Positions 59,279 to 63,763 of a DNA stretch of 63,763 nucleotides are shown here, in pieces (within the stretch, counting starts at the first letter, position 1; the number at the start of each line of letters is the position of its first letter). A model generated the notes under the pieces. The model saw only the letters and a list, made by a program, of their open reading frames with translations. It was not told where the DNA came from and ran no database searches. The position numbers and the translations under genes were made by a program. The stretch is from assembly GCA_947588655.1 (NCBI GenBank), contig CANPYS010000005.1, forward strand, positions 1 to 63,763. The letters are read 5' to 3'. The DNA is from an uncultured Alphaproteobacteria bacterium. GTDB taxonomy: Bacteria; Pseudomonadota; Alphaproteobacteria; RF32; CAG-239.

Positions 59279-60946
59279 TTGAAAGAAGAAACAAAAGGTT
59301 TGGTTTGGGCGGTTTTGCTTTCAATCGCTATCATTTACATTGTCAACTGGATTTTTCCGGCAACGCCTGTTCAAACAGTGCCAAACAGCGCACAGGAAGT
59401 TCAGCCGGCAACCATTTCTGAAAACACCGAAAATACGGCGCAGCCCTTGCCGGAATCTGAAATTTTGGCGCAAGACGCACGTCTTGAGATTGATACGCCC
59501 GCTTTAAGCGGAAGCATTCGCCTAAAAGGCGCGCGGTTGGATTCTCTCAAGCTCAAAAAATATAAACAAACGCTTGAATCGGATAGTCCCGACGTTGTTT
59601 TGCTTGCCCCGCAAGGCTCGCAAGACTCTTATTTTGCGCAACTTGGTTGGTTAAGCGCCGATTCTACCCTCAACCTGCCAAACGCCGATTCTCTTTGGCG
59701 CACGCGTGGCTCAAACAAACTCACGCCGGAAACACCTGTTGTTTTGGAATGGGATAATGGTCAGGGCTTAAAATTTGTGCGCACCATTTCTGTTGATGAA
59801 AATTATTTGTTTGAAATCAGCCAAGCGGTTGAAAACAACACCGATAAGACAATCACGCTTTATCCATACGGGCTTTTAAGCCGCCACTACGATTATAAAG
59901 CGCAAAATGCGCAAGCGGTTGTTCATCAGGGTGTTTCGGCGGTGGTGGACGGCACTTTAAAAGAGTTGCGTTATTCTTCCATAGACGATTCTGAGCCCGA
60001 AACGTTTGATTTTCAAGAGGGTTGGGCTGGTTTTTCGGACAGATATTGGTTTACCGCCTTAATTTTAGAAAACAACGAGCCTTCTGTCTTTAAGGTTTCA
60101 AACAATGGTCAAGACACTTATCAAGTAGATTATCGTGGCTCGGCGCTAAGTGTTGAGCCAAGCGCTATAGCGTCTAACAAACTGCGCTTGTTTGCCGGCG
60201 CCAAAGACATTAAGCTTTTAGATAAATATACCGATGAGCTTAATATTAAAAAGCTTGATTTAGCGGTTGACTTCGGTTGGTATTACTTTTTAACAAAGCC
60301 GTTCTTTTATATTCTAACTTTCTTATATAACCTGATTGGCAATATGGGTTGGGCAATTTTGCTATTTGCGGCAATTTTAAGGCTTTTGATGTTCCCTATT
60401 GCGAACAAGTCGTTTGAGAGTATGTCTAAGATGAAAAAGCTTCAGCCGAAAGTAATGGCTTTGCAAACGCAATATAAAGACAACAAAGCCCTGCTCCAAC
60501 AAGCCACTTTAGAGCTTTATCGGCGTGAAAAAATTAATCCGGCATCGGGTTGCCTGCCGCTTTTTATACAAATTCCAGTCTTTTTCTCGCTTTACAAAGT
60601 TTTGAACATTGCGCTTGAAATCAGGCACGCACCCTTTATCGGCTGGATAAAAGACCTTTCAGCGCCTGACCCGCTCACAATTTCTGTTTGGTCGCACATT
60701 CCGTTGCCCTCTTTATTAGACATTGGTGTTTGGCCGATTTTGATGGGCCTCACCATGTGGATTCAACAAAAGCTTAACCCGGCGCCAGTCAACAAAGATC
60801 AAGCGCGTATGTTTGCGCTTATGCCCTTTATTTTCACGCTTATGTTGGGGCATTTTGCGTCAGGCTTGGTCATTTACTGGACGCTAAACAACTTGCTTTC
60901 AATTGTCCAACAAAAAGCTATTATGCGTAAAAACGGAGTAAACTAA
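59279..60946 (+). CDS. yidC: Membrane protein insertase YidC
   Basis: AVDFGWY, GCLPLFIQIPVF, WIKDLSAPDP, GLVIYW. Confidence 0.97.
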   Translation: MKEETKGLVWAVLLSIAIIYIVNWIFPATPVQTVPNSAQEVQPATISENTENTAQPLPESEILAQDARLEIDTPALSGSIRLKGARLDSLKLKKYKQTLESDSPDVVLLAPQGSQDSYFAQLGWLSADSTLNLPNADSLWRTRGSNKLTPETPVVLEWDNGQGLKFVRTISVDENYLFEISQAVENNTDKTITLYPYGLLSRHYDYKAQNAQAVVHQGVSAVVDGTLKELRYSSIDDSEPETFDFQEGWAGFSDRYWFTALILENNEPSVFKVSNNGQDTYQVDYRGSALSVEPSAIASNKLRLFAGAKDIKLLDKYTDELNIKKLDLAVDFGWYYFLTKPFFYILTFLYNLIGNMGWAILLFAAILRLLMFPIANKSFESMSKMKKLQPKVMALQTQYKDNKALLQQATLELYRREKINPASGCLPLFIQIPVFFSLYKVLNIALEIRHAPFIGWIKDLSAPDPLTISVWSHIPLPSLLDIGVWPILMGLTMWIQQKLNPAPVNKDQARMFALMPFIFTLMLGHFASGLVIYWTLNNLLSIVQQKAIMRKNGVN

Positions 60947-61572
60947 TGATTGGGGCGCGCTCAGGACAAACCCCCGAACGCCCTTTATTTAATCGGCCTT
61001 GCCGGTTTATATTAAGTGTTGCTAATATAAGCCAGTTACCACCGGCTGATTTGCCTGAAGTGGCGTTTATTGGGCGCTCTAATGTTGGCAAATCAAGCCT
61101 GATTAATGCGCTTGTGAATCAAAAAAACCTAGCGCGCACATCAGCCACACCGGGGCGCACGCGTTTAATTAATTATTTTGAGATTGATAAATCTCTTTAT
61201 TTGGTAGATTTACCAGGGTACGGATACGCCAAGGTTTTAGATAAAGACGCGTTTCAATGGCAAAAAAACATTTACACATATTTTCAAACGCGCGCCAATT
61301 TGCGACGTGTTTTTTTGCTTATAGACAGTCGCCACGGCTTAAAGCAAAGCGATATTGACGCGCTTAAAATGTTATCTGATTTAGGTATGAATTGCCAAAT
61401 TGTTTACACAAAAACCGATAAAATTAAGCAAAAAGAGCTTGAACAACTCAAGCTACAAAGCCCCGAAATTTTACAAGCATACCCTATTATATATCCCACA
61501 TTTCTTTACACAAGCGCCAATAAAAGAAACGGCTTAGAAGAGCTTAAAAAAGAAATTGCCAGTTTGGTTTAA
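60946..61572 (+). CDS. engB: GTP-binding protein EngB/YihA
   Basis: GRSNVGKSSLIN, PGRT, DLPGYG, TKTD. Confidence 0.95.
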   Translation: MIGARSGQTPERPLFNRPCRFILSVANISQLPPADLPEVAFIGRSNVGKSSLINALVNQKNLARTSATPGRTRLINYFEIDKSLYLVDLPGYGYAKVLDKDAFQWQKNIYTYFQTRANLRRVFLLIDSRHGLKQSDIDALKMLSDLGMNCQIVYTKTDKIKQKELEQLKLQSPEILQAYPIIYPTFLYTSANKRNGLEELKKEIASLV

Positions 61573-61646
61573 AAAATGCTTGACACTTTGTCCAAATTTT
61601 GTTAAATTAAACTTCCTCAAAAAATTATTAATTTAAATTTTTATAT

Positions 61647-62228
61647 ATGAGAGAAGAAATAAAAAACCTCGGTTGGCTGCCAGAGAACAGTCTGACCGAT
61701 GAAGAGCTGCATGAATGGCATGCTCTTGAAAAAAAGCTCCTGAAAAAGGAAGAAAATCTGCCTAAAGAAGAGGCAATTAAAATGGCACGGCGGATTCGCC
61801 CCATTTTACGCCTGACCGAAGATCAAATGCATGTAGGCATTATGCTCAACGGTCGCCGGCATTCTCGCAGATATTGGGTTAAAAGCCGCAATATTTACGA
61901 CCAATGCTTTAGCTACAAGGCTGAGCCCTACGCCGCCGTTTATGGCTTGAAAGAGGTAACAACGATTGAAACGTGGCACAAGTCGCCCAATTCAAGTCTG
62001 TTGCGCCCTTCTGTGTACGAGGTATTATACCAAATACCGGAAGACTTGCGCGACAAGGTGGTTGCCTTTGAGCTATACTCTGAAAAAAGCTCCATTTGTG
62101 AGCTTTGGAGTAGCGTCTTGCGCCGCCACCGCCTCAAATGCGTGCTTTACACAGGCAAAATGCCTAAAGAAGTGCAGAAAAAACGCATTTATTGGGCAAA
62201 ACGCCGACGACGAAAAACACCTACTTAA
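61647..62228 (+). CDS. Hypothetical protein
   Basis: TTGACA promoter upstream; terminator downstream. Confidence 0.6.
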   Translation: MREEIKNLGWLPENSLTDEELHEWHALEKKLLKKEENLPKEEAIKMARRIRPILRLTEDQMHVGIMLNGRRHSRRYWVKSRNIYDQCFSYKAEPYAAVYGLKEVTTIETWHKSPNSSLLRPSVYEVLYQIPEDLRDKVVAFELYSEKSSICELWSSVLRRHRLKCVLYTGKMPKEVQKKRIYWAKRRRRKTPT

Positions 62229-62259
62229 ACGCCCCGTTTTGATTAACGGGGCGTTTTTT
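62227..62259. terminator. Bidirectional intrinsic terminator
   Basis: AAACGCCCCGTT...AACGGGGCGTTT. Confidence 0.75.
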
Positions 62260-62278
62260 ATATCTAATGATAATATAC

Positions 62279-63763
62279 TTAAAACTGCAAGCTCACCCGA
62301 ACATTGTAGTCGTAGTGCTTAGAGTCGACGCCACGTTCACCATTCTTCATATTGAGGTACCATGCTCCCCAATCATTTTCTGTTGACGACCAATAGTAAC
62401 CACTATCTAATGTTTCAGCACTAACACCCTTGTTCTTTAAAGCAATCAAGGTCTTGTTTATAATTGCCTTATTGCTCCCATTTGCCCCTGATGTCCCATA
62501 AGCACTCGTTACTAAATTGTTATCACAACCATACAAGTCCGTAAGTTCTCCAAGCGCAGGTAAATACCAATGCCCGTCACCAACAATCGGATCACCAAAC
62601 CACGCTTCTGGTGGATAAAAAGCCCGTGCAGCTTCCGCCGCTTCCGCAATACAATACCAGAAATAAGTTTCTGTTACATATTCAGGGTCTTCACAATATG
62701 ATCCGAGTCCCCACGATATAATCGCATCAGTATCTCCCTCACCGTCATATAATGACCAATAATTTCTATTCTGTAATGCTGTGAGCACTTCACTATCGCT
62801 CAACCCTAGGACAACATCGCCATCCAATCCCCAATAAAGCAGACTTCCCGAACTATATGGATAACGAGGGTCAAATGGATCCTCATAGTCGCTTTTACCT
62901 AAATTGTCCAGGTTAATCACCTTACCATGTAACCCATTGTCTCTAGTCCAATAGACCACACCAACCGGTGTTTTGTTTGAACCTTGAGTATAGTCATTCA
63001 CATCGCCACAACTTCCGTCCGCATAAAACACATCGCCGATGGCACAAGTCTTAATACATTTGTCATCATCTAATATATACCCATCCTTACACGCCCAAGA
63101 TTTACATTTATCATTCTTTCCACATGCTGAATGATATCCATTGCAAGTGGCGTTTTCGGGAACAGTTACAGATGTTGTATTATCTGTGCAATCTTTATAT
63201 TTGTTGTTGCAACATTGTGTCCCTAAAGTACCTTCGCCTTTGTTGTTATTATCCCAAATGCATTCTGTGGCATTACATTGGCAAGCATAACAAGGACTAT
63301 CGCCAGAGTATTTTCCTGTTGCTGGCTTTGAGCCACCATACGAACCGGGGAAACTACATGTGCTGACACTATTACTTGTGTCACTTCCCACGGGGCAAGC
63401 TACAGGTTCACAAGCTGTTTTATTAGCATTCGGTGTCCAGTAGGTGTCACAAGATATAACTTGTTTTTTAACAATTTCGCCACTTTGGCAATCGCCACAT
63501 TGCGCGTGTGCCGGACAAACCGTGATGTTATACCCTTCGCAAGTATTTGCTAAACAACTTGCTCCTGATGCATAATAGCCGTACTTGCAATCCCAACCTG
63601 TATAACCTGCTTTGTTACACCCGTCACAGTAATTTTTACCTGTGGCATGATCAGGCACAGTTACAGGCGAACAACTTGTGCTACAGTCTTTATATTTATC
63701 ATTGCAACACTTGGTGCTTAAACTACCACTTGTTCCTTTGTTGTTATTATCCCAAGTGCATTC
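62279..63763 (-). CDS. Cys-rich repeat surface protein with C-terminal DUF1566/CLec-like domain (5' end outside window)
   Basis: Frame stays open to the window edge; WYLPALGEL...YYWSSTE...AW...NVR; repeated ECxWDNNNKG...CCN.KYKDC unit. Confidence 0.75.
   Translation of the reverse strand, partial: ECTWDNNNKGTSGSLSTKCCNDKYKDCSTSCSPVTVPDHATGKNYCDGCNKAGYTGWDCKYGYYASGASCLANTCEGYNITVCPAHAQCGDCQSGEIVKKQVISCDTYWTPNANKTACEPVACPVGSDTSNSVSTCSFPGSYGGSKPATGKYSGDSPCYACQCNATECIWDNNNKGEGTLGTQCCNNKYKDCTDNTTSVTVPENATCNGYHSACGKNDKCKSWACKDGYILDDDKCIKTCAIGDVFYADGSCGDVNDYTQGSNKTPVGVVYWTRDNGLHGKVINLDNLGKSDYEDPFDPRYPYSSGSLLYWGLDGDVVLGLSDSEVLTALQNRNYWSLYDGEGDTDAIISWGLGSYCEDPEYVTETYFWYCIAEAAEAARAFYPPEAWFGDPIVGDGHWYLPALGELTDLYGCDNNLVTSAYGTSGANGSNKAIINKTLIALKNKGVSAETLDSGYYWSSTENDWGAWYLNMKNGERGVDSKHYDYNVRVSLQF

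Overview
Chromosomal segment of a genome-reduced alphaproteobacterium, probably host- or gut-associated. The alphaproteobacterial call rests on GcrA, CarD, the secB-Tim44-mltA-smr block and rpoZ-spoT-acpS; the habitat is inference. About 50 housekeeping genes occupy 6.7-62 kb, including typA, infA, murJ, obgE, rpmA/rplU, spoT, serS, cmk, dnaE, gmk, cysK, uvrC, pgsA, ompR/envZ and rpmH-rnpA-yidD-yidC-engB. The left end is an AT-rich, defence-like hotspot around tRNA-Trp. There an XRE + ImmA/IrrE (CapH/CapP-like) regulator pair faces a two-gene operon: a 90-aa minimal HNH-like zinc-finger protein and a 57-aa basic protein missed by the ORF track. The hotspot also holds a 2TM-HNH nuclease, a DUF2513 protein and a DUF488 gene pair. 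Other notable features: a complete type I toxin-antitoxin-like locus (24.1-24.4 kb); two families of dispersed palindromic elements, one RPE-1-like, which shows stem covariation and supplies the serS stop codon; MurJ fused to a catalytically altered Bax/GH73 domain; a poly-G tract in a GT10 gene; type IV pilin and PilV-like adhesin genes; rquA; a Thermus-type serS; and a Cys-rich repeat protein with a DUF1566-like C-terminus cut by the window edge. All calls come from reading motifs; no database searches were run.
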